Position numbers and translations under genes: made by a program. From the NCBI GenBank assembly GCA_964620885.1, contig CAZUKR010000002.1, forward strand, positions 3,621 to 67,620: 64,000 nt of DNA. Reading direction: 5' to 3'. Below, one piece after another: positions 18,984 through 28,314 of this stretch. Every line of letters starts with the position of its first letter. Positions within the stretch are counted from its first letter, which is position 1. A model generated the notes under the pieces. That model ran no database searches. It was given only the letters and a program-made list of their open reading frames with translations, and had not been told where the DNA came from. Origin of the DNA: an uncultured Eubacterium sp. GTDB lineage: Bacteria; Bacillota; Clostridia; Lachnospirales; Lachnospiraceae.

Positions 18984-20315
18984 ATGGAGGAAGCTCTTAT
19001 CAAACGGATTATGCCAAATAGTCTGGAAGCAGAGCAGTCGGTTATCGGTTCTATGATTATGGATAAGGAGGCAATTGTTATTGCCTCTGAAACTTTAATA
19101 AGAGAAGATTTTTATCATCAGCAGTACGGAATACTATTTGAATGTATGATAGAGTTGTACAACGAAGAAAAGCCGGTAGATGTGGTAACCCTGCAGAATC
19201 GTCTGCGGGAAAAAGATGTTCCAGCGGAATTAAGCAGTATGGAATTTGTGGGAGAGCTGGTAACAGCCGTTCCGACTTCTGCAAATATAAAATATTATGC
19301 GAATATTGTAAAAGAAAAAGCTACCTTACGGAAGCTTATAAAGGTAAACGAAGAGATTGCCAATGAATGTTATCTTCAGAAGGAAAGTGTAGATGACATT
19401 ATGGCAGATACAGAAAAGAAAATTTTTAATCTGCTCCAGAATAAAAGCGGGGGAGATTATGTACCCATTAAAAATGTTGTTATCAATGCTCTGGAAAAGA
19501 TTGAACAGGCATCCAGAACAAAGGGAAATGTAACTGGAATTGCAACGGGGTTTGTGGACTTAGATTATCGTATGTCCGGTCTTCAACCCTCAGACCTGAT
19601 TCTGATTGCAGCCCGGCCTTCTATGGGAAAAACAGCATTTGTATTGAATATTGCCCAACATGTGGCTTTTCACAGTGATATGTGTACCGCCATATTCAGT
19701 CTGGAAATGTCAAAAGAACAGTTGGTAAATCGATTGTTCTCCTTGGAATCCAGAGTAGACGCCCAACTGCTTCGTTCCGGTAATCTTGCAGATTCCGATT
19801 GGGAAAAGCTGATAGAGGGAGCAGGAACCATTGGACGCTCTAATCTTATCATTGATGATACACCAGGTATTTCTATTTCCGAGTTACGATCCAAGTGTCG
19901 TAAGTATAAACTGGAGCATGATTTAAAAGTGATTATCATTGACTACCTTCAGTTGATGTCAGGAAGCGGTAAGTCAGATTCCAGACAGCAGGAAATTTCT
20001 GATATTTCCCGTTCTTTAAAGAGTCTTGCCAGAGAGCTTAGTGTACCGGTTATTGCATTATCCCAGCTGAGCCGTCAGGTGGAGCAGAGACCGGATCATC
20101 GCCCAATGCTTTCTGACCTTCGAGAGTCAGGAGCAATTGAGCAGGATGCCGACGTTGTAATGTTTATCTATCGTGATGATTATTACAACAAAGATACACC
20201 GGATAAGAACATTGCTGAAATCATTATTGCAAAGCAAAGAAATGGTCCTATTGGTACAATAAATTTGGTTTGGCTGCCTCAGTATACCAAATTTGCCAAT
20301 ATGGAGAAAAATTAA
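18984..20315 (+). CDS. dnaB: Replicative DNA helicase
   Basis: EAEQSVIG, AARPSMGKT, IIDYLQLM, LSDLRESGAIEQDAD, IIAKQRNGP. Confidence 0.97.
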   Translation: MEEALIKRIMPNSLEAEQSVIGSMIMDKEAIVIASETLIREDFYHQQYGILFECMIELYNEEKPVDVVTLQNRLREKDVPAELSSMEFVGELVTAVPTSANIKYYANIVKEKATLRKLIKVNEEIANECYLQKESVDDIMADTEKKIFNLLQNKSGGDYVPIKNVVINALEKIEQASRTKGNVTGIATGFVDLDYRMSGLQPSDLILIAARPSMGKTAFVLNIAQHVAFHSDMCTAIFSLEMSKEQLVNRLFSLESRVDAQLLRSGNLADSDWEKLIEGAGTIGRSNLIIDDTPGISISELRSKCRKYKLEHDLKVIIIDYLQLMSGSGKSDSRQQEISDISRSLKSLARELSVPVIALSQLSRQVEQRPDHRPMLSDLRESGAIEQDADVVMFIYRDDYYNKDTPDKNIAEIIIAKQRNGPIGTINLVWLPQYTKFANMEKN

Positions 20316-20351
20316 TTTTAAATTTAATGTGCGTAAAAGCATGTATACTGT

Positions 20352-20397
20352 AAAAAAAGCCAGATATCTTTCTAAAAAGAAAAGTATCTGGTTTTTT
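20352..20397 (+). terminator. Terminator after dnaB
   Basis: CCAGATA...TATCTGG stem flanked by A/T tracts. Confidence 0.7.
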
Positions 20398-20494
20398 CTG
20401 TCGTTATTTCACGATGGAAAATGATTGTAACCTGTAAGAAAAATCGTTAGAATAATAATAGTAGAAAAAGGAAGGACATGCCATCAGTAAATGA

Positions 20495-21142
20495 ATGGAT
20501 AGGAACAATCCTGAAGGAGGTAAAATTGTGGAAAAAGTACGCTATATGATTTCAGACGCGGCAAATATAGTTAATGTAGAGTCTCATGTGCTAAGATATT
20601 GGGAAGAAGAGTTGGATCTTCAGATTCCGAGAAACGAAATGGGGCACCGTTATTATACAGAAGATAATATAGCGCAGTTTCAAAAGATAAAGGAATGGAA
20701 GGAACGTGGATACCAGTTGAAAGCAATTCGGATGATGATACATAACGGGGAGCACGTTCAGCAAAGTGAGGCGCTTCCGGTGCAGAATCAAGGAGTTTCG
20801 GGAATACAGCAACCGGCAGTTTCCAAGAATGAGCACAATAATTCCGCTTTAAATGCCATCAAGCTGGAACAATTTCAAAATATGATGATGGGAATTGTAA
20901 AACAGGCAGTGGAACAAAATAATCAGGCATTGGGAAAAGAAGTTGGAGTTCAGGTAGGAGAACAAGTTCTAAAAGAAATGAATTATCTTATGAGGGAACA
21001 GGACGAGGCAGAGGAAGAACGCTTCCGCAAATTAGATGCAGCAATCCGCACTCATAAAAAAGGAAGTAAATTTCGAAAGGAAAAAGAAGAAAAAAAAGTA
21101 TTTGGAAAAAACAAAAAATTAAATCCAAACTTAACAACTTAA
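20495..21142 (+). CDS. MerR-type HTH plus coiled-coil protein, RacA-like
   Basis: ISDAANIVNVESHVLRYWEEELDLQIPRNEMGHRYYT; C-terminal coiled coil and basic tail; start may be the GTG at 20528. Confidence 0.75.
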   Translation: MDRNNPEGGKIVEKVRYMISDAANIVNVESHVLRYWEEELDLQIPRNEMGHRYYTEDNIAQFQKIKEWKERGYQLKAIRMMIHNGEHVQQSEALPVQNQGVSGIQQPAVSKNEHNNSALNAIKLEQFQNMMMGIVKQAVEQNNQALGKEVGVQVGEQVLKEMNYLMREQDEAEEERFRKLDAAIRTHKKGSKFRKEKEEKKVFGKNKKLNPNLTT

Positions 21143-21160
21143 TGATTTATGAAATAATAA

Positions 21161-21190
21161 AAATAGGAGCTGCATTTGCAGCTCCTATCT
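21161..21190. terminator. Bidirectional terminator
   Basis: ATAGGAGCTGC / GCAGCTCCTAT stem between convergent genes. Confidence 0.8.
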
Positions 21191-21205
21191 AAGTATAATT
21201 GTGAA

Positions 21206-21376
21206 TTAGCCCTGTTCGATAGCTCCTGTAGGACAAGCACCAGCGCATGTACCACAGTCAACGCATGTATCAGCAGAAATTTCATATTTGCCATCACCAG
21301 CGGAGATAGCGCCTACTGGACATTCTCCTTCGCATGAACCACAACTTACGCAAGCGTCAGTAATTACGTATGCCAT
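21206..21376 (-). CDS. 2[4Fe-4S] clostridial-type ferredoxin (56 aa)
   Basis: Manual translation MAYVITDACVSCGSCEGECPVGAISAGDGKYEISADTCVDCGTCAGACPTGAIEQG; AGGAGG RBS; below the ORF-track cutoff. Confidence 0.95.
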   Translation of the reverse strand: MAYVITDACVSCGSCEGECPVGAISAGDGKYEISADTCVDCGTCAGACPTGAIEQG

Positions 21377-21526
21377 ACTATTTTCCTCCTTTAAAATGAA
21401 TATTCATTTAAAGCAACCTAACGGTAACTTTAATCCCTATTTTAATACAAATAACAGAGGAATACAAGTATAATTTGAAATAATAAAATGGAAATGTTAA
21501 GATAAAAAAGAAAGGCAGGGATATCA

Positions 21527-21946
21527 ATGAAACAGGTAAAACCTTATATACATAAAGTTCAATATTACGAGACGGATGCGATGAAGATTGTACATCATTC
21601 TAATTATATCAGATGGTTCGAAGAAGCAAGGCTGGACTATCTGGAGCAGATAGGGCTTCCATATGATGAGATTGAAAAACGCCGGATTATAATCCCGGTG
21701 CTGGCAGCATCCTGTAAGTATCGTCAGGCAGTTAAATTTGGAGAAGAGGTGATAATTAATACCGAGATCACCAGTTTTAATGGTTTGAAATTTACAGTTT
21801 CCTATCAAATATATAATCTGGAACAGACGACCCTGCATGCAGAAGGCAATACAGAACATTGTTTTTTAAATGAAAAATTTCAGCCCCTACGTCTGAAAAA
21901 AGAAGCTTCTGATATATATGAAATATTTTCCGCATGCTTAATATAA
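21527..21946 (+). CDS. Acyl-CoA thioesterase (YbgC/FadM hotdog family)
   Basis: YYETDAMKIVHHSNYIRWFEEAR. Confidence 0.9.
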   Translation: MKQVKPYIHKVQYYETDAMKIVHHSNYIRWFEEARLDYLEQIGLPYDEIEKRRIIIPVLAASCKYRQAVKFGEEVIINTEITSFNGLKFTVSYQIYNLEQTTLHAEGNTEHCFLNEKFQPLRLKKEASDIYEIFSACLI

Positions 21947-21999
21947 GAGCGGAGAAATTGCAAATTTAATCGGAAGAACAGGAATCTTATGATAAAACA

Positions 22000-22028
22000 T
22001 TGCATATTGGAGAGAATGGTATTATAAT
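22000..22028 (+). promoter_or_regulatory. Sigma-A-type promoter of the DUF1858 gene
   Basis: TTGCAT-17 bp-TATAAT. Confidence 0.55.
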
Positions 22029-22060
22029 AAGGGACATGTTAAAAGTAAGGAGGTAATGAG

Positions 22061-22261
22061 ATGACACAGGTAACCCAAGAAACAATGATTGGAGACTTGC
22101 TCCAGATTAATGAAAACGTTGCACCAATTTTGTTGGAAATAGGAATGCACTGCCTTGGCTGCCCATCTTCTCAGATGGAAACAATTGCAGAAGCAGCAAT
22201 GGTACATGGAATCGATCCAGATGCATTAGTAAATAGGATTAATGAATTTTTAGCAAAATAA
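22061..22261 (+). CDS. DUF1858 domain protein
   Basis: GMHCLGCPSSQMETIAEAAMVHGID. Confidence 0.9.
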   Translation: MTQVTQETMIGDLLQINENVAPILLEIGMHCLGCPSSQMETIAEAAMVHGIDPDALVNRINEFLAK

Positions 22262-23077
22262 AAATTAGAAACAGCCTGTCATATAGAAATGGCAGGCTGC
22301 TTCTTAATTACTCATCTTTTTATCTTTTATCGTATCTGAATATTAAGAAATCCATTTCGTGAATAAGAATTTCCCATCTCGTGTTTATAGATATCTAAAT
22401 GCTTGAATATCCCCCCTCCCCTGTTGAATTTCGTGATATATTATGTCCAGCAGAAAACCCAGAAAAATCTGCTGAAATAAAGTACTCTGGTTCCCGTCAT
22501 TCCATAAATGATTCCCTAATTGCCAGCACAGCAATAATTTTATTTTTATTAGTAGATAAATGGAATGAAACATCCGATATAGATTAAAAGAGAAAAGTCA
22601 AAATTATTAAATTTAAATATGGAAACAAAGAAAATGTTTTCCAATGTTGTATAAAGAATACCGGAAAATGAAAGAGAACCAGTAAGAGATGATAAAAGGG
22701 AAATATCTGACACAGAGCTTATGAAATAATTTTTGTTATGGTATTGCATAATATAATAAGGGAAATAAAAATATAGCTCTCTGGTAAGCCATAAGATTCA
22801 TCCTGAATGGATGAAATAGAACGAAAAGACATGGTCTTGACTATGTATTGTTATTCGACTCCTTTCTGCCTGAGTCAGAAAAACATCTCTTGAATTCTTT
22901 ATAACACAAAAATGTCAAAAAAGACAACAGTTTTTGCTAAAAATTTAGAAACTTAATAGTTTTTTAATAAAATTATAGGGGAGTTCAACTTGACGAAAGG
23001 TTGCAATATGTAATATACTTTGTATACTCAAAACATATTGATTCCTGATGTGGTAACATAAGGAAGGAAGTGATTGT

Positions 23078-23878
23078 ATGAAAATTGAAAAAGTAAATGA
23101 AAATCAGATTCGCTGCACTCTTACCAAAGAAGATTTGATAGACCGTCAGATTAAATTGAGTGAGCTTGCATACGGAACGGAGAAGGCAAAAACTCTTTTT
23201 CGGGATATGATGCAGCAGGCAGCATATGAATGTGGATTTGAAGCAGAAGATATACCGCTGATGATTGAAGCAATTCCATTATCAGCAGATACTATAATTT
23301 TAATCATAACCAAGGTGGAATATCCAGATGAGCTGGACACCAGATTTTCCCAATTTACTTCAGGAGATTCTCCAGAGGAGGCAGAAGAAGCCTTTGGCAG
23401 CGAAGAGAATGAGAAGATTCATGAAGTTGCCGGAGCCGATGATATACTGGATTTGTTCCGTAAGATTCAGGCAGAGCACAAGAAGGCAGAAAGTCTTAAG
23501 AAGGAAAGTAAGTTTGTTCCTTTGGAAAAAGCAATCAATGGAGAAAAACCGGCACAACAGTCGGAAGAAGATACTGTGTTGGTGGACATAACCAAACTGT
23601 TTGTGTTTGATAAACTGGATGAGGTAAGCCGTCTGGCAAGTGTACTCAAAGGATTTTATAACGGATGTAATGTGCTTTATAAGAACAATCTGACACGGAA
23701 GTATTATCTGGTGGTCAGCAAGAGCCGGCATACACCGGAAGAATTCAACAAAGTATGCAATATTTTGTCGGAATATGCACATCAGGAAAAATATTCTACT
23801 GCAATCAGGGCATATTTTGAGGAACATTATGATATCATAATAAAGGAAAATGCATTGCAGATACTGAGCGAAATATAA
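23078..23878 (+). CDS. mecA: ClpC adaptor protein MecA
   Basis: MKIEKVNENQIRCTLTKEDL...LMIEAIP...LSEY...EH. Confidence 0.9.
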   Translation: MKIEKVNENQIRCTLTKEDLIDRQIKLSELAYGTEKAKTLFRDMMQQAAYECGFEAEDIPLMIEAIPLSADTIILIITKVEYPDELDTRFSQFTSGDSPEEAEEAFGSEENEKIHEVAGADDILDLFRKIQAEHKKAESLKKESKFVPLEKAINGEKPAQQSEEDTVLVDITKLFVFDKLDEVSRLASVLKGFYNGCNVLYKNNLTRKYYLVVSKSRHTPEEFNKVCNILSEYAHQEKYSTAIRAYFEEHYDIIIKENALQILSEI

Positions 23879-23880
23879 AG

Positions 23881-23914
23881 AGAACCCCTTGTGCTCATGC
23901 ATAAGGGGGTTCTT
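23881..23914 (+). terminator. Terminator after mecA
   Basis: AGAACCCCTT / AAGGGGGTTCT stem. Confidence 0.75.
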
Positions 23915-24103
23915 ACATTATAGGAAAGACCATGTTGCACTAAAGTATGAAAGTGTGTAATTTCCTATAATATAAAACGCTCCGCGTAGGATGCACGCAC
24001 GCGCCAGAGGAAGAAGTCACAGAGGCGATGGCGCGCGGCGCAGCAAAGCGCCTTCTCCCTCAAGATTGAGGGCAGGGGAGCTGAGCGTGTCGAAGACACT
24101 TTG
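23909..24103. repeat. Repeat family A, full-length single copy (AT hairpin plus GC-rich multi-stem module)
   Basis: Colinear with the 40423-40880 units: ACGCTCCGC..GGATGCAC.C.CGCGCC...GGCGCGCGGCGCAGCAAAG...GTGTCGAAGACACTTTG. Confidence 0.85.
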
Positions 24104-24138
24104 TTCTATTAGCCGAAGGAAATACATAGGAGGACGTC

Positions 24139-25968
24139 ATGCCAGATATCGACAGACAAAAACCTGGGCAGAACTTGGGAAGAGACAGAAGAGAAGATAT
24201 TTCCAGCAGAAGACCTGTCAGACGCAGAAAGCCCAAAAAGAGTAATACATCCATATTTGTAGCAGCAATTTTTATTACAATTGTAATATTGATTGCGGTC
24301 ATCAGTATGCTGATAAAGAAGTACAGCCCAAATAAAGAGCGGGTAGATGTGAACAGCTATTATAATGTCCAGAAGGAAGAGGACATGGCGCTTATTTTGG
24401 ATAATAAGCGGATGGAAGATATAGCAAAATACTGGGACGGGCATGTGTATGTAGAATATCAGGGAGTACGTAATAATCTGAACCAGCGCTTTTACTGGGA
24501 TGCCAATGAAAATATACTTCGTTATGTAACACCCTCGGATGTCATTACAGTAAATGCAGGCGAGCAGAGTTACATGGTTACGAAAACCAGTGAAAATGTT
24601 GACTATGTCATTGTCAGGGTAGATGGTGATAAGATGTATCTGGCACTGGACTTTATCCAAAAATATACCAATCTTGACTTTGAAATAAATAAGAAACCCA
24701 ATCGGGTAATGGTTACCAGCCAGTGGGGAAAGATAAAGAAAGCTCAAATCAAAAGGAATACGGAAATCCGTCAGAAAGGCGGTATTAAGAGCCCTATTGT
24801 GGCAGATATAGAAAAAGACACTAAAGTGACCGTTCTGGAGAGCGGAGACAACTGGAGTAAAGTCTGTACCCAGGATGGTATGATCGGGTATCTTAAAAAT
24901 AATAAACTAGGTGAGATAAAGGCAGAGACTATTTCCAGAGATTTTGAAGAGCCTGTGTTCAATCATCAGTTAAAGGATAAGACCATTAGTTTGGGCTGGC
25001 ATCAAGTAACCAATCAGGCAGGCAATGACCGTGTAGCAAAGGTATTGGAGTCTACCAAAGGAATCAATGTATTGTCACCCACCTGGTTTTATCTGAACGA
25101 TAATAACGGAAATATTTATTCCCTGGCAAACCGCAGTTATGTGGATTATTGTCATCAGAATGGTGTAGAGGTGTGGGCACTGATCAGTAATTTGGAAAAC
25201 CCTGATGTGGATACTACCCATGTATTGACCCATACATCTACTAGAGATTATCTGGTAAACCAGATTATTGCAGCCGCCATTGAATATGATTTGGATGGAA
25301 TAAATCTGGATTTTGAAGCATTAGATGGACAGGTAGGAGATGCTTATATCCAATTTATACGAGAATTATCAATTAAGTGTGAAAATAACAATATTGTATT
25401 GTCTGTAGATAATTATGTACCGTCTTCCTATACGGCTTTTTATAACCGCAGTGAGCAGGCTGTATTTGCAGACTACGTCATTGTTATGGCATATGACGAA
25501 CATACCAAAGTATCGGAAGATATAGGTCCGGTGGCTTCCATTGGATTTGTAAAAGAAGGAGTAAAAAACACATTGAAGGAAGTTCCGGCGGAACAGATAA
25601 TTATGGGAATTCCTTTTTATACCAGAGTATGGGAGTTGACACCAAAAGAAGATGCCGGAGAAGATGTAGAATCTGCGGCGGAAGATTATCTGCCATACAC
25701 CTTTACCTGTGTGGAAGAGGGGATGCAGACGGTAGAAAACCGCTATACTGTTAACGGCGCACAGGCAGCGTGGGATGAAGAAAGCGGCCAAAATTATGTA
25801 GAATATGAAAATGGCGGAAAAACCTACAAAATCTGGATTGAAAATGAAGCGTCCTTAGAAGTGAAGCTGAAAGTCATGAAAGAAAATTCCCTGGCAGGAG
25901 CAGCTTATTGGAAATTAGGAATTGAGCGGCAATCTGCATGGGACACCATAATAAAATATGTAAACTGA
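24139..25968 (+). CDS. Glycoside hydrolase family 18 with SH3-like domain (spore cortex YaaH/YdhD-like)
   Basis: DGINLDFE catalytic motif, VIVMAYDEH, MGIPFYTR, AAYW; N-terminal TM. Confidence 0.85.
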   Translation: MPDIDRQKPGQNLGRDRREDISSRRPVRRRKPKKSNTSIFVAAIFITIVILIAVISMLIKKYSPNKERVDVNSYYNVQKEEDMALILDNKRMEDIAKYWDGHVYVEYQGVRNNLNQRFYWDANENILRYVTPSDVITVNAGEQSYMVTKTSENVDYVIVRVDGDKMYLALDFIQKYTNLDFEINKKPNRVMVTSQWGKIKKAQIKRNTEIRQKGGIKSPIVADIEKDTKVTVLESGDNWSKVCTQDGMIGYLKNNKLGEIKAETISRDFEEPVFNHQLKDKTISLGWHQVTNQAGNDRVAKVLESTKGINVLSPTWFYLNDNNGNIYSLANRSYVDYCHQNGVEVWALISNLENPDVDTTHVLTHTSTRDYLVNQIIAAAIEYDLDGINLDFEALDGQVGDAYIQFIRELSIKCENNNIVLSVDNYVPSSYTAFYNRSEQAVFADYVIVMAYDEHTKVSEDIGPVASIGFVKEGVKNTLKEVPAEQIIMGIPFYTRVWELTPKEDAGEDVESAAEDYLPYTFTCVEEGMQTVENRYTVNGAQAAWDEESGQNYVEYENGGKTYKIWIENEASLEVKLKVMKENSLAGAAYWKLGIERQSAWDTIIKYVN

Positions 25969-25980
25969 TATAATATTATT

Positions 25981-26036
25981 TGAAAATCCTTATGAGAAGA
26001 TAAGTATGTGTTTTGAGCTTCTTGTAAGGATTTTCA
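25981..26036 (+). terminator. Terminator after the GH18 gene
   Basis: TGAAAATCCTTA / TAAGGATTTTCA stem. Confidence 0.7.
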
Positions 26037-26038
26037 TA
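26017..26038 (+). repeat. Direct repeat C, left copy (GCTTCTTGTAAGGATTTTCATA)
   Basis: 21/22 identical to 29567-29588. Confidence 0.85.
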
Positions 26039-26137
26039 CGAGTTCATAGCTTTCAAATGTAGACGTTCAGAAATGAGTGTCTACATTTTTTATAGACAGA
26101 CTATCTTTTTACGATTCTAATTCGTTATACATAGTAG

Positions 26138-26704
26138 ATGGGAAAGGAGGATTTTGTGGATATTGATTTTATTTTAATAAAGAAAATGATGCAGGGCGAT
26201 GAAGAAGCTTTTGACTCATTTGTTCATAAATATTATGAACAAATTTTAAAATATTGCTGCTACCATTGTTTTGATAAGAAATATGCCGAAGATTTAGCAC
26301 AAGAGACATTCGTGCATTTTTTTACAAAATTGTCTGATTACCATTACAGAGGAAAAACCAAAAACTATTTATATACGATAGCAGGAAATCTCTGTAAAGA
26401 TTACTACAAAAAAGTAAAAGAGATACCCACAGATAAAATGGAGTTAAAAGGTGTTGGGGTGGAAGAACATCAAATGGAAGCGGTAGTAAATAAACTAACA
26501 ATTGAGTGGGCATTGGACCAGCTTCCCGGCGAATTACGTGAAATTATTATTCTTTATTATTTTCAGGAACTAAAACTCAAGGAAATTGCCAGTACACTGC
26601 ACATAGGATTACCTTTGGTAAAATATCGGGTAAAACAGGCAAAAATACAGCTGGAAAAACTAATACGGAAGGAGGGTCTATATGGAACTGGAAGAACAAC
26701 TTAA
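26138..26704 (+). CDS. ECF RNA polymerase sigma-70 factor
   Basis: AEDLAQETF, YLYTIAGNLCKD, region 4 LREIIILYYFQELKLKEIA. Confidence 0.92.
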   Translation: MGKEDFVDIDFILIKKMMQGDEEAFDSFVHKYYEQILKYCCYHCFDKKYAEDLAQETFVHFFTKLSDYHYRGKTKNYLYTIAGNLCKDYYKKVKEIPTDKMELKGVGVEEHQMEAVVNKLTIEWALDQLPGELREIIILYYFQELKLKEIASTLHIGLPLVKYRVKQAKIQLEKLIRKEGLYGTGRTT

Positions 26705-27446
26705 AGCTTATAGTAAAAAGGTACAAGCATTACCGGAAGAGAAACATATACAGGAGACAATCCAAAAGTCACGAGAGACATTTTATGCCAGAGAGCAGGA
26801 AAAGGTATTAACCTATCAAGAGTTTTTATGGGTACAGCTAAATTTAATACAAAAAAGATGGTGGCTTTTTCAAGTAGTTCTTTTGTTTTTATTATGGGTA
26901 TTTTTGTCATCAGTACAGGAAAGTCTGTATGTTCAAAGAAGTATGGGGATTACGGCATCTTTATTCGTAATTTTTGTTATTCCGGAGTTTTGGAAAAATA
27001 GAACATGCCAGAGTATGGAAATAGAGGCGGCATCTTATTATTCGTTAAATCAGATATATTCAGCACGAATGTTATTGTTCGGGATGGTAGATATGGTATT
27101 GATTGTTGTATTTTGCGGAGCTGCTTCTGTATCGTTACATTTTGCACTTACTGAGCTGCTGGTGCAATTTCTCTTTCCGCTGGTTGTAACAGCTTGTATT
27201 TGCTTTGGGATCTTGTGCAGTAAACATTCCTTCCATGAAATGGTTGCAATTGCTCTATGTATTATATGGAGTGCAGTATGGTGGCTTATCATTTTAAATG
27301 ACAACTTATATTCAGCTATTGTGTTTCCATTATGGCTTGCATTATTTGGAATAGCACTTGTATTTTTATCCATTACTGTTTATCGGTCAATCAATGGAAG
27401 TACAAAATATTTGGAGGTAAATTTAGATGGAATTGAAAGTAAATAA
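26682..27446 (+). CDS. Membrane protein coupled to the ECF sigma (putative anti-sigma or accessory)
   Basis: About 6 TMs; overlaps both sigma and ABC genes. Confidence 0.7.
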   Translation: MELEEQLKAYSKKVQALPEEKHIQETIQKSRETFYAREQEKVLTYQEFLWVQLNLIQKRWWLFQVVLLFLLWVFLSSVQESLYVQRSMGITASLFVIFVIPEFWKNRTCQSMEIEAASYYSLNQIYSARMLLFGMVDMVLIVVFCGAASVSLHFALTELLVQFLFPLVVTACICFGILCSKHSFHEMVAIALCIIWSAVWWLIILNDNLYSAIVFPLWLALFGIALVFLSITVYRSINGSTKYLEVNLDGIESK

Positions 27447-28314
27447 CTTAACTAAAAAGTTCGGAGATTTTGTTGCTGTAGAAAATCTAAACCTTACAAT
27501 GACAAATGGCGTTTATGGCTTGCTGGGCGTAAACGGAGCAGGAAAAACTACTTTAATGAGAATGCTGTGTACTTTACTCTCGCCTGCAAGCGGAAGTATT
27601 ACCTGTAATGGAAAAGATATTTTTCAAATGGACGGCGAATACAGAAAACTACTGGGATATCTGCCCCAGGATTTTGGCTTTTATCCAGAATTTACAGTAC
27701 AGGATTATCTTCTATATATTGCATCGCTCAAAGGGATACGCCCTGCTGTAGCAAAAAAAAGAACAAAAGAATTGATTGCTAAAGTCGGACTTATGAAATC
27801 AACGAATAAAAAAATGAAAAAACTATCTGGAGGAATGAAACGACGAGTAGGAATTGCACAGGCAATGTTAAATAATCCAAAGATTTTGATTTTAGATGAA
27901 CCTACAGCAGGACTTGATCCAAATGAAAGGATACGCTTTCGTAATTTAATAAGTGAGCTATCAGAAGAAAGGCTTGTGTTGTTATCTACACATATTGTTT
28001 CCGATATAGAGTATATTGCAAACGAAATATGGTTGATGAAAGATGGGAAATTGGTACGTAAAGGAACATCAGGCGAAATTATAAATTCCATGCCTGAGCA
28101 TGTTTGGAAGTGTTTCGTGGAAAAATCAATGGTATCTGAAATGATGAAAAAATATAAGATTTCAAATATGAAATCAGAACCTAATGGTGTAGAATTGCGT
28201 ATTATTTCAACCGAAAAACCTCTTTTAGATGCTATTTTAGCAGATGCTTCATTAGAAGATGTGTTTTTATATTATTTTGGGGAAAAGGCTGGTGACGAAA
28301 ATGCTTCTATTTGA
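27427..28314 (+). CDS. ABC transporter ATP-binding protein
   Basis: GVNGAGKT, LSGGMKRR, LDEPTAGLD. Confidence 0.95.
   Translation: MELKVNNLTKKFGDFVAVENLNLTMTNGVYGLLGVNGAGKTTLMRMLCTLLSPASGSITCNGKDIFQMDGEYRKLLGYLPQDFGFYPEFTVQDYLLYIASLKGIRPAVAKKRTKELIAKVGLMKSTNKKMKKLSGGMKRRVGIAQAMLNNPKILILDEPTAGLDPNERIRFRNLISELSEERLVLLSTHIVSDIEYIANEIWLMKDGKLVRKGTSGEIINSMPEHVWKCFVEKSMVSEMMKKYKISNMKSEPNGVELRIISTEKPLLDAILADASLEDVFLYYFGEKAGDENASI

Noticed and set aside
22385-22749. Short ORFs in the DUF1858-mecA gap
   Set aside because: No RBS or family motif in any frame
23978-24103. tRNA, T-box, SAM or other known riboswitch identity for the GC-rich element
   Set aside because: No TTCGA/CCA tRNA features, T-box GGTGGAACCGCG or SAM core visible; also occurs as a tandem array
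23991-24245. 84-aa ORF spanning the repeat
   Set aside because: Arg-rich read-through of a GC-rich non-coding repeat; no RBS
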